Assembly (NCBI GenBank): GCA_040954595.2 | Contig: CM082581.2 | Span: 8,845,878 to 8,909,877 of the forward strand | Direction of reading: 5' to 3' | Length of the DNA: 64,000 bases | Origin: Balanoglossus misakiensis | Taxonomy: Eukaryota; Animalia; Hemichordata | Shown here: in pieces, positions 51,101-64,000 of the stretch | Numbering within the stretch: the stretch's first letter is position 1 | Layout of the letters: each line of letters opens with the position of its first letter | Program-made: the position numbers and the translations under genes | The notes under the pieces: model-generated | The model's database searches: none | The model's input: the letters and a program-made list of their open reading frames with translations, nothing else | What the model was told of the DNA's origin: nothing

Positions 51101-54100
51101 ACAAAAGTAATTAAGTAATATCCTGTATTTAAAAGAATAATTTCAACATTATTAGAGGACAACCGATGGCGAATAAAATTTAGAATCGAGGGGCAAGGCT
51201 TTTTAGCAGTGCCATTGAATGAATGATATTTCAGGTGTATCGAGGCATAAAGAGTTTAGGTCGTCCCGGCTACAGATTACCAGAACCGGCTAGCGTGACT
51301 GGTTGCCTCGCAGTATTAAAGAAACCATGAAATCGCACAAAATCATTGCTTGTTTGAAGTCTATTTCATACATATTCCAGCAGGTGCTTGGCCCTTTACT
51401 TTGATTCACGACGCCACTTCGAAATTCGCACATTAAAAAACAGTAACTTCCGTCAAATATACAGCCATTTCTCGTAAAAATATATTTTCATTTCCCCATT
51501 AAACGTCATGCCATGGCCATTTGGGTCCTAGAATTGATTTCAGAGCGATCGTTTAGTAGATGAAAAGAGATTTTCTGCTGGAGAGAGCAAGTTTCAGGGA
51601 CATTTGATTTGTACTGCTTATTCTCTTGAGAAATCTGCTATCTGCTGAATATAATCCCATTGCACATGCATGGAAATGTGAACATTGCATTGCCACACTG
51701 CCACTAGCCAAATGGTGACGCAAGTATGGTTGTATAAAAGCAACACGTGTAGGTGTCTAAGGTTTATACTCACACACAAGTATATGAACGCAAAGCTAAT
51801 TTGAAAATATCGACCTGCTGTTATTGCACATTGTAAGAAAGAGGAAACATTGTCCAACACTTGTGTGTATCGATATTCACTCACAGATTAACAAAGTACT
51901 GTTTTTCAAATATTGCTCAGCTATTATGGGATATTGATATTTAAGGAAGGTAAAACATGGGACCAAGTTTTATTTTTGCCACGCATGCACTAAGACAGTA
52001 ACAGAAACATTTACAGATCCACACGACACCGTTGATAGAGGAAGCGATGCAAGGCTGTATCTACAAGCAATTACGTTGTCCAACGACAGAATTCCACCGA
52101 ACTGCCGACGCCTCATTATACACCAGTTAAACAGAGATATGCTATAGCTTTCGATGGTGTGATTTACAGACAAAGACATAATTATGCGATCGACTTTAGT
52201 TTGGTGACGCAATCCAAAATGGCTGACCAGCGACCATTTCTACCCGGGACAAAAATCTGTGGATAATAGATTTGATATTGTGCCTGAACAGATACAATCT
52301 AAAGTTAGAATTGTGAAATTGATATCGAGAACTCTAACCATATTGCAGTGCCATGTATCCTCCAGCTATTTTTGTGGTTAAATTAGTTTCGGTTTAAGTA
52401 GTAATGTTCTAGGTTTACTGTCGTAAACAACATGTTTTCATTTGAACCAAACTTGAGACGCCTATGTCGAAACTAATCTGTAAAAGTCGCACCACCTGTT
52501 GCTTGGAATAAGAAATGGTCCAGATTTTGCGTAAGTATTTGTAATGGTAATAGTAGTTCTAAAATTCCACCTTTCATATGAAAAAAAATCTGATGTAAAA
52601 ACTAATCAATTGGGCGTTAAATGTATTGAAGGAATTTTGTTCCGCGTAATGGCAATTTTACTGAGATAGGCTAATGATCTGGACCATTGAAATATATTTA
52701 TATTTCATCGAATTTCCGGTCAAAGTGTTCCAATAGTTTCGCACATAGAAATTGCTCTAAAACTCCATGGCAACGGAAAGAATTTCATGCTCAATTTCAC
52801 CGATGGAAAATAGAGTTTGCTACTGTAATTTTGACTCAAAAGTAGTTTTACTTTGTTTTGCCAAGCAATTAATCGAATTTGAAAGCAGCATTTACAAAAT
52901 TTCTATGGTAATTAATGCAAAAGAGAAATATGCCGACCTGACGGGAAATGATTACCCACATTTATTTCTGTTTTAACACTATCAGAACTTACTCACTTAG
53001 CCGTGAAAACAAAAGAGTACATATTTGCCGAAGCTCCTCAAACTAAAGACTGTGGACAAAATAATGGACGCCATTAGAAGGCTCAGCTGCTATAGTCTAG
53101 TATCGCTGTTCATTTTTTTCTATGACTCATACGCTTTCAATGGATTTCATAATAATATTCATACTTAGTAATTTTTCTGAAATTTATTGACATTTTACTT
53201 CTTTACATTTGGGGATATATTCGAGGGGGTTTACAATAACTGAATTAAAACGTAGATAATCATGGAAAGATGCCTTTTCTGTTACTTCTGCTGATAATGA
53301 ATGACTGCTTTCCGCACTTTCTTTTCATTGCTGGGAGGCTACAGCTGTAATATAATGGGATTTGTATTTTGATTGGCGATTTCAGGTTCTCGTTCACATG
53401 GCGCTGTGGCATTAATTCCGTCAGCTTTTTTTTCGTCGTCGGTAGAGAATCGCCAGTCAGGGGTGCTATTTTAAGCGGTCTGTTTGCGCACCCACTGAAT
53501 ACATGAAGTAAAAATCTCACCAAATTTAGCTCTACTCGGAGTTTTTAATTTCCTGAGAGAAGTACTTAGCTGAGCTCCGGTCGCCAGTGTTGGCTATTGA
53601 ATCGCTGCCAATTTATATATCGTGTATTATGACGGTCAGTGAAGGGGAGAGCCGGTAAAGTGACTTCAGGCACTCTGTAGATTTGCATCACTGACATGGA
53701 TGCGTAGTGACGGGCATTAGGAAAAACGCCAAATATCGGCAAGTATCAGTCATATTCCATAGTTTCAGTCGTCATAGTGACACAGCCGAATGGACACGGA
53801 AACTCGTTAGCCAGTGTAAAATGGCGGCTAGTAGGAAAAATGCAAAGAAGATGTTTAGTGCCAAGTGTTACGCGATGAAATGTGATTTGACCGAAATTGC
53901 GCTTAAATTTGAAAGGGAAAGAAAAATCATCAAAACAGGAAGTAGCTTACACAGTGTAGAGCCAATAGTATTCTACTGCGTGATAAAAATACGAAAAGTA
54001 CGCTTGCGTCATCACAGCACGTCTATTGCACTTTTCTAATAACCGATTCTTCAAAAGAATGTGGAAACGGGGAATGCGTTTACGTGTCCTCATTTTGAAA

Positions 54101-55795
54101 ATCCGTATTTGTCAGTCGTCTTCCATTGACGGATTGTCCCAAATAGATTTCGCAGTGAAATAACCTTCTTAGTAATAGTCTTGGTTTGAAATTCGTCAGC
54201 GCGGCTCATAATTTTGACGTATTTGATCATGCCGTGGTCGATCACGTGGATTGCTTTCCCGGCAATTTCCCTTCATTGTAGAACAGAATTTCTAAATAAC
54301 GGCATGTGCAATGAGCGTTCTTGATAAAAAAAAAAATCTTGGCTGATAAGACTTGCATTTTATCTTGGAATAACTAATCTGATAAGTCTGTATATATAAG
54401 TTACTTGTCTTTCATCAGCACGGCTTAAGGGCCGTGGGAGTTGCTTTGATCATATGCTGTACTGTGGGGTTTAACCCAAATGTCGAAACCCCAAAGAGAA
54501 AAACCTATGAATATTTGAACAACTGAAAAACAAAACATTGGATAGCTACAAAATGTGACGTACATATTTAAATCCACGTTTCATCGGTGCAATGCCATTT
54601 TGACCTTTCCTGTGCGACATTTAAATGACCATGTTACCGTGAGGAAAAAAATATCATTCCCAGGGTAGCTGCAAAATTCGTGGAAACAATTCTAAAATTA
54701 CCTAATCTTTGGAAGTCACACATAACCTATCACCTGTTAGTATATTATATGAAACATTACACTGCTAGATATAAATGTGGGTGTTGTAGCGAAGATTCCC
54801 CATAATGTCAGACGGGTATTGTTCCAAATCCGGGTTTTCTACGAAGCATATCTTCTTTTTTTAAAAATCCGAACAAAGAATAATGAATGTTTTATGTTCT
54901 AGAAAAGAGTAGGGAAAAGTCACTGCATCTCCGATATTACAACAACACCATAATAGGTCGTTTTCTCTCAATCCTATATGCATCATGGAAACTGTGCAAT
55001 TATCGTAAAAGACAATGTGCCGTTCAAAAAGCACATGGGTGGTCAATTTAAAACATTCACATTACGTCACAACGCCTCTGAAAACTAGTTATAGCACTAC
55101 TGTGGGACAAGGAGTCATTAAGATGAGTTGATACAATGACAACCCTTCATACTCGACACACGCACTGGAATTCGGCACATGAAACACATGTACATGATAC
55201 TACTATATGGCCTTGTATTTGGTATTTTGGCGCAGTTCACAAGGACGGTTACATAATGGACATGTACCACCCACACATGTCCCACCCACCACTTAGGTCT
55301 ACGGTCGGAGGTAAGTACATTGTATCTGGTATGTAAGTGTACAGGGGGTGTCTGCCCTAGAATCCGCCACACAGCGTGAACATATTTCTAAAACAATGTC
55401 AACAATCCATCGCCACTTATGTCTGTCGATGTCAAATATGTATAGCCTATATAAAGAATGGTGGACACGAGAGCACTTATTATACACATTCAATGGCTTG
55501 GCACTCTCAAAAGTGGTATGTAGCCGGGAATACCGTTTGCATGAATTTGTTTTAGAAATTGGACATTACCTCAAAACAGGCGATTGCTGGTAAGCGAAAT
55601 CTTAAACAAGTGGCTTAAGTCTACAACAGACAATGTCCATGTAAATAAGGCTCTCCCTCTGACACATCTATTTTCAATGCGCTACGAATTTATATGAAAT
55701 CCTTGGCGGTCTATCATTTCATCACATTACGCTCTCAACTTGGAATAACCGTCCTGAAATTGTCACTCCATTTTATATTTTCTTTGCCTTCTTCT

Positions 55796-55978
55796 TTGCC
55801 TTGGGGCAGGTTCGTCAAATCATAATACTTTTTAGAACAGTTTCGTAGTACATGAATATGTCTCGCTCTTCGTCAAATCATCGCCCATTTTCTACTTTCT
55901 TTCCTCAGTCTATATTGCCTTGGGACGGGTTTTGCCACATTAGACACTTTTTAAGACAGTTTTGTCACATGAATTTGT
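55796..55978. repeat. Degenerate two-copy tandem repeat, period ~119 bp
   Basis: TTGCCTTGGG...ACTTTTTA...ACAGTTT...ACATGAAT occurs from 55796 and again from 55915. Confidence 0.55.
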
Positions 55979-58900
55979 TCCTTTAGTTGCACATCCTCAT
56001 TACAGCCGAAGGCTGTCTTAGGAAATCTGAAGACGAAATGCTCTTTTCTGGCATCATGTTTCGTTGACTATTCTTTAACATTCATTTGAAATGTCCAATC
56101 TCAAAAGTTCACATTCAGCGTTGTCCTCTAAAAGTATACAAAGCGTTCACAAAGAGACACACTAGATGCTCGAGGCATCCTCGTCTTAATAATACACTCG
56201 ATCTTGAGGTCTTACTGGTCATGCTTCACAGGTTCAATCTCTTACAAAGAAATGGAGATAATGATTCTGATATCAAACGACGCCATCGTTATCTTTTCTG
56301 ATTACAACTGCTGGTTTTTATAAGGATATCGACGTTGACGTTCAGGTTCTAGTCGCTGAAAACTGCCACCTTGTCCCGACAGTTGCTACATGTATAAACG
56401 TGACAGTGCGTCAACGCAAAATTGTAGACAAAATTGATGACTTCAGTTTCTTTCACTGACATATCATTACATATTACTACATAGCTGTATAGTATACCTA
56501 CTATATACTGTCGGTGAAGTTTGGCTAGCTGTGACTAATACACTTCACAACCATAGGTCAAACTTTTGAGGTTGCATACAAGATCAGGTCGCTAATACTT
56601 CATTAATGCACATAAACGCTAATAACATCCTATATAGAACTTATCCTTTGTGATAACATCTGCAAATGACATTCTCACGCGCGCCCAGTTCCCATGTGAC
56701 TATGGATTTGTTACGAATGAAGACGTAGTCAAATAGGTCATGGCCACGTTTATAAACTTTGTCGAGTCTATGGTTTACCACGAAACTTCACCACGGCTGT
56801 TGGCTTCGGCGTTTAGTTACATAAATCAATCTCCAATTAAATCCTGAAAACAACAACTTTATTTCACCTACGTTTATAATAGATTCCACAACGTGCGCAT
56901 TTCTACCAAATTAGCTGATTCTTCCTTGCAGAGCGAACCATTTTTAAAAATCAAGATTGAATAAATTTGAATGCGCATGGATTCTTTAAAGCAGGATTTT
57001 GTAATTGTTTCGCGAAAGTCCTTTCTCCCTTTCCTAATCGATTAGTCCACGTACCATGTGCATTCTGAAGATTTTGTCGATAAATCGACATCAATCATGT
57101 ATAGTCCCATCCTCTCCAATTAAATGAGACTTTATGATTTCTCGTGACAATCTCCACTTAACCTTTCGGTCGTCACAACTATAAGCCTTGGACTGGAGAA
57201 AAAAAATTGTCTCAGATTTATAAATTATTGAAACGCCAAGGAAGGGATTGAAGTTGAGTTAAAACGTGAGTTCACGCTATAAGAATGAGATAAATTATTG
57301 ATTCTCTTAAAACGATAGTCTTCTAGTTTTCATAATAATTTCACACAAGATGTCCCTGTCAGATATTGGACTGTTTGTTTGATTTTCGCTACACCGCCCG
57401 GGTTCACAATACCGATCATGTTTTTATCGAACAAACAATTACACATCTAAGCTGTATTGCCATGGCACATCAAACCGTTGCAAGCATTTGACAAGCATGA
57501 CAGGCCAGGATATGAAGTGACCTTATAAGGCGTTAAGCCAACAAAACGTTGCAAAGTACGGAACTCACAAGGGTCTTCGAACGGAGACACGGAAAGACAC
57601 GTTGTACGCCCGGTTGGGTAGTGCTGTGACGCGAGCGATTGAAATATGTCATTTTCGTCTCTTCAATTATTAACTTGTATGTGGTTCTATTAAAACAATT
57701 GTCACTTCTTTTGACGGCACGTGTGATTTACTGATTACTCGTTGGAAGAGCCAGGCCCATTGGCATCACTTATCGCGCACTCCCTTCCCAATAAACCTAA
57801 TTTTCGCAATCCCAAGCTAATAGTCGTTCATTAGATATTTCATTGCTACAGTTAAGCCACTTAATAGGAATATACTTAAGTAATTTAAACAGTTTTTATA
57901 CGGGCAACATATGGTGACGACTTTTCACTAGTAATCACTTCAACACTTGTGCTTTATTTTCAGAACAAAATAGCTGTGTTGCCAATTAATTATTCGAGAT
58001 GCTTGACAACATCTAAATGCTGAACATTACCGACATCACTATTTGTGTGAAGAGAAGCTTATCCATTTTATTACTTTAAATTTCAGACTGGTGGTACCGA
58101 TCGCTCCTCATCAAATACATTTTAAAACCAAAAATACACATTGTAAAACCTTGTAAGCAGTGCTAAAATACGCAAATTAAGCTCGTCATGGTACCAACTG
58201 CATGCACTGTCCACCTTGTCAAGTCCATTTGTCAACAACACCAAGGCTGTGTTTACAAGCAGTATGCTGGGAATTTCAGCATTCAGCAGAACACGACATT
58301 TTAGTTCATAAACAGAGCCAAACTTCAGAAATGACGAAATCTAACAGTAGCCGTCTCTTTAAGTCAATAGCAGATGGTGCAAATCACAGTCACAATCCAT
58401 CAGTATCACCATCATCATTAGTGTGACACCTTTTTGAGAACTGCCATTGGGATTGACCTATATAGACCGCGATTGCGAGCAAAGTGCGAGGGCCCTGGAC
58501 ATCACAAAATGATGCGGTTGAAATGGGAGACATTTAATACTAACATATCAATTACCTGCCCATATGCAAGCTAAGAGAACGAGTATTAAGAATATATTTT
58601 TGCAGGGCATAAGACTGCAGGAGGTTGACACTTGAGTGAAGCACATATACCATTAAATTGAGAAGAAATATGAGCAAATTCTAAGAGTTTGTATCAAAGT
58701 ACGCATGACATCAAGTCGTCATTTCACTGCTTCTCTTGTTAGCTGCCAGATATACTGTATACCGAAAACAACAACAACAACGACAACAACAAGTTCAGAA
58801 TAAGATTTCCGTAGCGCACCTGCAATGGCACATGAATTCAGATGGCGGAAGCACATTAACTTCACGTCTATACATAATAACGACTAATCGTGACAGCCGT

Positions 58901-60979
58901 ATGTAGGTTTGGGTCGAATTCTACTTTAAGCTCCCCCCTTCCCTGTATAGAGGTCCAGCACTGCCATTGAGAACAGTGGAGTTGAACCACACCATGGTGG
59001 CGGAAGGGTTAAACGAGGTAATTATATGCCACAGATCGTTTAACTGACAAGGCTAAGGATCAATAAATGTGCGCATTATATACAATGGAGGTCAATATAT
59101 TGCTGGATTATGGCCTGCAAATGGTAAGGGCCAACTGCTGGGGACGCTGTTAACCCATCACATACACTTTCATTTCATTTATAACGCAGCTGATATGTTC
59201 AATCGATACTGTTGTCCAACGATTATTTACATCAAGGAAAGACATGATGTTAACAAGAGGTAAATCCAATGCGTTTGCAATAAAACAGCAACTGACAAAA
59301 ACATATTGAACGCTATTTACAGTACGATATAAGGCAATAAATTGCAACGAAAATCTCGGACTCGTATACGAGGTATCGGACTGTTTTGATCAATACTCCA
59401 TACATTTGAGCCCTTTGCTTGCTTTGAGGGGCAGGTATATTATTCAAACAGGTTCCTTCCCTTATTAGAGTTACATGTAGGCAACGCTGTATTGTTGCTT
59501 TTTGATCGACTAACTCTAAATCTCTAATAATTATACCTGGTGGAAATGACAAGTTCTTAAATGAAAAGATGAATGATATTTTAAGTGCTATGTATTTAGC
59601 TTGATGCTATAGTGCCATTATTTCTCTAAGAGTGGTATGCAATTTCCTGTAAAGGGTCGATTCGTTTCTCTCCACACTGATAGTCAAGCCATTCTATGAA
59701 GCCGTTTCATTGATTCATTTGAAAATCCAAAGAATGACTGCTCCTGTGAAATCGTTCGGAATTTCAAGGCCAGCAAGACGTACTCTGCCAAGTTGGGAAA
59801 TTGATGTTTTCCGATGTTGTCAGTGATTACAAAGTGTAGCATTGATTTGACCGTGACGTGTACGCGAAGAAATCGATGTTGGACACTGATTATTAAAAAG
59901 TGGTTCTTTTCTCCGTTCTCGTATTGACCGTATACACCGTTCCAATCATGAATCTGACCATTTTTCGGTCCGTATGTTTTTTCCTAAAAAGAATAGTTTT
60001 GATACGACGAGATCCTTTGAGAAAAGCATTTGAATTATTCTTGCAGGAGCCACCGCTTTTGATGATGCATGTAGCCAACCAGACTCGACATTTTTTTGAT
60101 GGTCGGTCACGTTTCTCACCAAGACGTGTTTTCTATACGAAGTAAGACACACCATCTAATCTAAACATAACACAAACAAAGCTGTCTGAAAACGAAGATT
60201 TGCCCCCAAATCACGTGGAAAAAACAGCGCCGTCTTAATTACCTATCTACGTGATATTTTCTCTGTTTGGGGATTATTTCAGCAGATCCGTCTACGGCCA
60301 CCTCCTCCGAGTGTTATATTTCACTATATTTAGATTCCTCCAGGCGATTGCATGAAACCTAGTAAAATACATTGTTTAAAAAAATCACTTGCTTGATCAA
60401 TTGACCCGTCTCCCTTCCCTTATTTATTTCATGAATCATGAGGTTCTTTTCGCAGTGTCCCAGACAGCATATAAACACGTTATAAATGGCCAGGCGAGAA
60501 GGTGCAATCGTATCTTGTACATCAACTCCTAAATTTCTCACTCGTTACATGCGATCTTCCAGACGTGTCAATGATGTAAACTCAGAGAACTTCATACTGA
60601 CAAATTATCAATTACGTGCTACCCAACACCGATCTTCACACCAGGAGTAATTCAACACTGCAAGCCGCACAGATTTCACCGACTGTAACGTATATTCTGT
60701 TGATCTTCGAAGTACGTACAGCAGTGAGTGAATACATTGGACTTGAGTCACAATGGCGCCGTTGCCTTTGTATCATTCCCAAATGCATCATAGTAGTTTC
60801 GAACCTATCATGTCACTCTGACGTGCGTGACCACCCATATGCTTGAAAGAACTGAACATGATCCAGTTTAGTTCATCATTGACTTAGTTTGCCGCATAAA
60901 TAACGCAATCAAAGTCGCTATTTATTCTAGTTTAAAGCTCCACTAGCTGTAACGTTTGACATTTTTCCCACCCGTCTGT

Positions 60980-60981
<2 letters not shown>

Positions 60982-61027
<46 letters not shown>

Positions 61028-61031
61028 ATGA

Positions 61032-61062
<31 letters not shown>

Positions 61063-61484
61063 TGTATGTATGTATGTATGTATGTATGTATGTATGTATG
61101 TATGTATGTATGTTATTGTATGTATGTATGTATGTATGTATGTATGTATGTATGTATGTATGTATGTATGTGTGTATGTGTGTATGTGTGTATGTATGTA
61201 TGTATGTATGTATGTATGTATGTATGTATGTATGTATGTATGTATGTATGTATGTATGTATGTATGTATGTATGTATGTATGTATGTATGTACATGTATG
61301 TATGTATGTATGTATGTATGTATGTATGTATGTATGTATGTATGTATGTATGTATGTATGTATGTATGTATGTATGTATGTATGTATGTATGTATGTATG
61401 TACATGTGTACTAGTATGTATGTATGTATGCATGCATGTATATATGTATGCATGTATGTACGCACGTACGTACATATATGTACG
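60982..61484. repeat. Compound microsatellite (GT)n-(TATG)n, ~500 bp
   Basis: Seen directly; explains the CMYV/HTYI ORFs. Confidence 0.98.
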
Positions 61485-64000
61485 TTAGATATAAATAACT
61501 TACATGTACTTCCAACCAATAAAACAATGTCTACTTTTGTAGAATACCGACCCCTCGGGCCAATTTGATGACGACAGTCCTATCTGGGGTAACCGTTGAA
61601 GTGTATCTTATTCAAACCCCGCACCCCATTCTCTTTGTATTCCCTACATCATTCATGAAGTTTCTTTCGTGGAAAAAACGCCACAGACAAACTCGCGTGA
61701 TTCTATCACTGACTTTTTACACAGTGCTTCATCATCAGTTGGCGAAAGCTCCTCTAGGAATAAATCTGGCATCCAACTGAAAAGCACATCATTTTGTGAA
61801 CACATCCTCGGGAGATCAAGGCAAGAGTCGGCTACTAATCTCGTTTCACATCTCGTCGTTTGAGGGCTATCGCTGACACTCACGTCACCCACCTCGTTCT
61901 CGTCCTCCTTATCATTACGCAAACTCTCTAGAGATTAGATATTTCCTGTAGGTATTTCAAGATTATTTATCTCTAAGACACTTATAGCAAAACTATATAT
62001 GGTAATAAGGTTCACGTACACATGTAGTTGCACTCAATTGTGAGACAATTCCAAATGCATGTCGTATGCAAAGGACGCCTGATTACCTGTAATCATTACA
62101 CGGGTGGAAACATGGTGAAAGCACCGACCAAGGGAAGTCTAGTCATGTCACATTCATAAACGAAGTGCCCACGAAAGATTGTGTACAGAATGCACGACGC
62201 GCAATCAAAAATATCATTGATGATCGTCAATTATTTATGTTTCCGTACCTACAGTATCGAATACCCTTCATTGAAATGATTAGTAGCTGAATCAAGTCAC
62301 ATTGTAGTACATGTATCTACCTCGATGCCTTTCTGAGTACCTGAGGTTCTTTTCACTGATATACTGTTTATTTTATGCACTAAAAAATTCAAAATACGTC
62401 CGCCTTTTGGGGAAATGGTTTTCAAAAGGGGATCTGAAAGTCATGTTTTTTTAGTCCAATGTATTGAACAACGTACCGCTAAGATTTGACTTCGTGAATT
62501 GTAAACTATAAATTATTTAAAGAAAGGCTGATCCGATCCAACTGGGAGGGTCGGTCTTTTTTTGTTGAATCTTCGCGCTCTTTGGAAAGTCACTCCTTCA
62601 AAGATAATTTGCTGCCGACTAAGTCTTGCCCATAGGAGACATGTCGCCTATAATAAGGCGCTCTTGAAGATGTCAGGAAAAATTAACTTCAAACTGTTTT
62701 ACAAGACTGTTTACATTATAGATGAATGGCACGTGCTGTTGTTTTTTCGGTCCGAATTCACCGTGATTCGAGTTTGTAACCGAAGCGTCGATTCGAACCT
62801 AACCAAAGTATGGCACGAGAACATGGCGATTTCATGTTTTTATTGACTGTGGCGTGAACTCAACAAATTGCAGGTCTAATTGCTATAGAGAGCCAATCTA
62901 CTATAGACGTACGTGTAATTTTAAGTATGGTAGGCTAGCAAGTTCGTGTCAAGTTGTTTCTTATCAAGTATTGTGGCACACAGTCACTAGTCATTCTCAG
63001 TGAAGCTCCGCTGTAACACCAATAAAATAAAGTGCCGAGAATTGCACCCTACTTGTACCAAAACCACGTGATGTAAATTAACATAAACATGTTCAGAACT
63101 TCAATAAACTCGTCGGGTCTACAGCAGATTGATTAAAGTGTGTGGTGGTAGTGAAGCAAGGTGGTAAACGGCGATCATGTTTAATGCGTAGTACCGGATA
63201 TATGCAGGAGAAAACGACGCAGACAACGTGACGACGATTGGAAGACAATACCAATCACGTGATAGAGTAATGTTTTACACGATTTGTAAAATCAAGGTCG
63301 GACACCTTCTTGCTTACTTTTGCTTTTGCCGATTCTTTCAAAATGCTGTTTTAAAATCATAGTCACTGTGCATATACTGGATCTGCAAATCATATTCGAA
63401 ACAACCAAGACATCCAAGATTATCTAAATTTTCTCTTATGGATGCGATTATGGTTCCCTGTGCCTCTAATACTTCACGCTCTTCATCTTTGATATTAAAA
63501 CGAACGCATTACTTCTGTTTTCAATGACGTTTTTTTCGTGACCCTTTTTATTATATACCTCAGAAACGAGATGAGTTGCAGATCAGATGAACGAAGAAAA
63601 AATTACTTTTATTGGTTGTTTACAAAACCAACGTAGACAATTTGTTGCAGGTCACACTGAATGCAAAATATGCCGTGTCTATGGCTGAGTCATGGCGAGT
63701 ATTACGTGTACTGAGTTTCACTTAATATAACCGTCAATTGGTTATCAAATAGGCATGTCGTCTGGCGGGCGTCAGGCAAGGGGACAAAGTCTCCCGATAG
63801 TGTTTTTCAAAGTCTCGGTTTTGACGTAATCAATCACTGTTAACCCACGGTGGTGATGGATTGAGTCGTTTTCAGACTCTTCATACGGGTAATTGGTGGT
63901 AATTGGAAGGCAAGCCAAGAGTGTCTGAAGTTCACTCGGAGTTTGTGATCACTTCTTCATATTCTGGGCATGTCTATGTGAGTACATGGAAACGAATACG

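Noticed and set aside
55136-55336. His-rich 66-aa ORF with an internal GTAAGT donor
   Set aside because: No homology recognised and no partner exons found.
60932-61568. Long CMYV/HTYI repeat ORFs
   Set aside because: Translations of the (TATG)n microsatellite.
61653-61922. Acidic 89-aa minus-strand ORF, possible terminal exon
   Set aside because: No recognisable family, and I could not link it to convincing upstream exons; it cannot be excluded without RNA data.

Overview
Eukaryotic (animal) genomic DNA, most likely a marine invertebrate; a hemichordate-like deuterostome is my inference from gene content and intron pattern, not something the sequence proves. Bases 1-12435 are a very homogeneous 88-bp satellite (~141 copies) with 7-, 16- and 17-unit duplications, ending in nested inverted copies of itself. 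Directly beside it is a compact, apparently bidirectional promoter (YY1, ETS, TCTCGCGAGA) with a perfect minus-strand splice donor facing the array, so the satellite may lie in the first intron of a divergent gene. Three genes follow on the + strand. (1) A 9-exon gene (12763-15930, 396 aa), reconstructed by hand, encoding a secreted stand-alone protein resembling bacterial family-3 amino-acid solute-binding proteins (HisJ/ArtJ/GlnH); it is bracketed by two 52-bp satellite-derived direct repeats. (2) A 15-coding-exon vesicular monoamine transporter (VMAT/SLC18A, 31178-42682, 518 aa) with a solo LTR in one intron. (3) An intronless beta-type octopamine receptor-like GPCR (46765-48159) preceded by uORFs. 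The rest is intergenic DNA with microsatellites.
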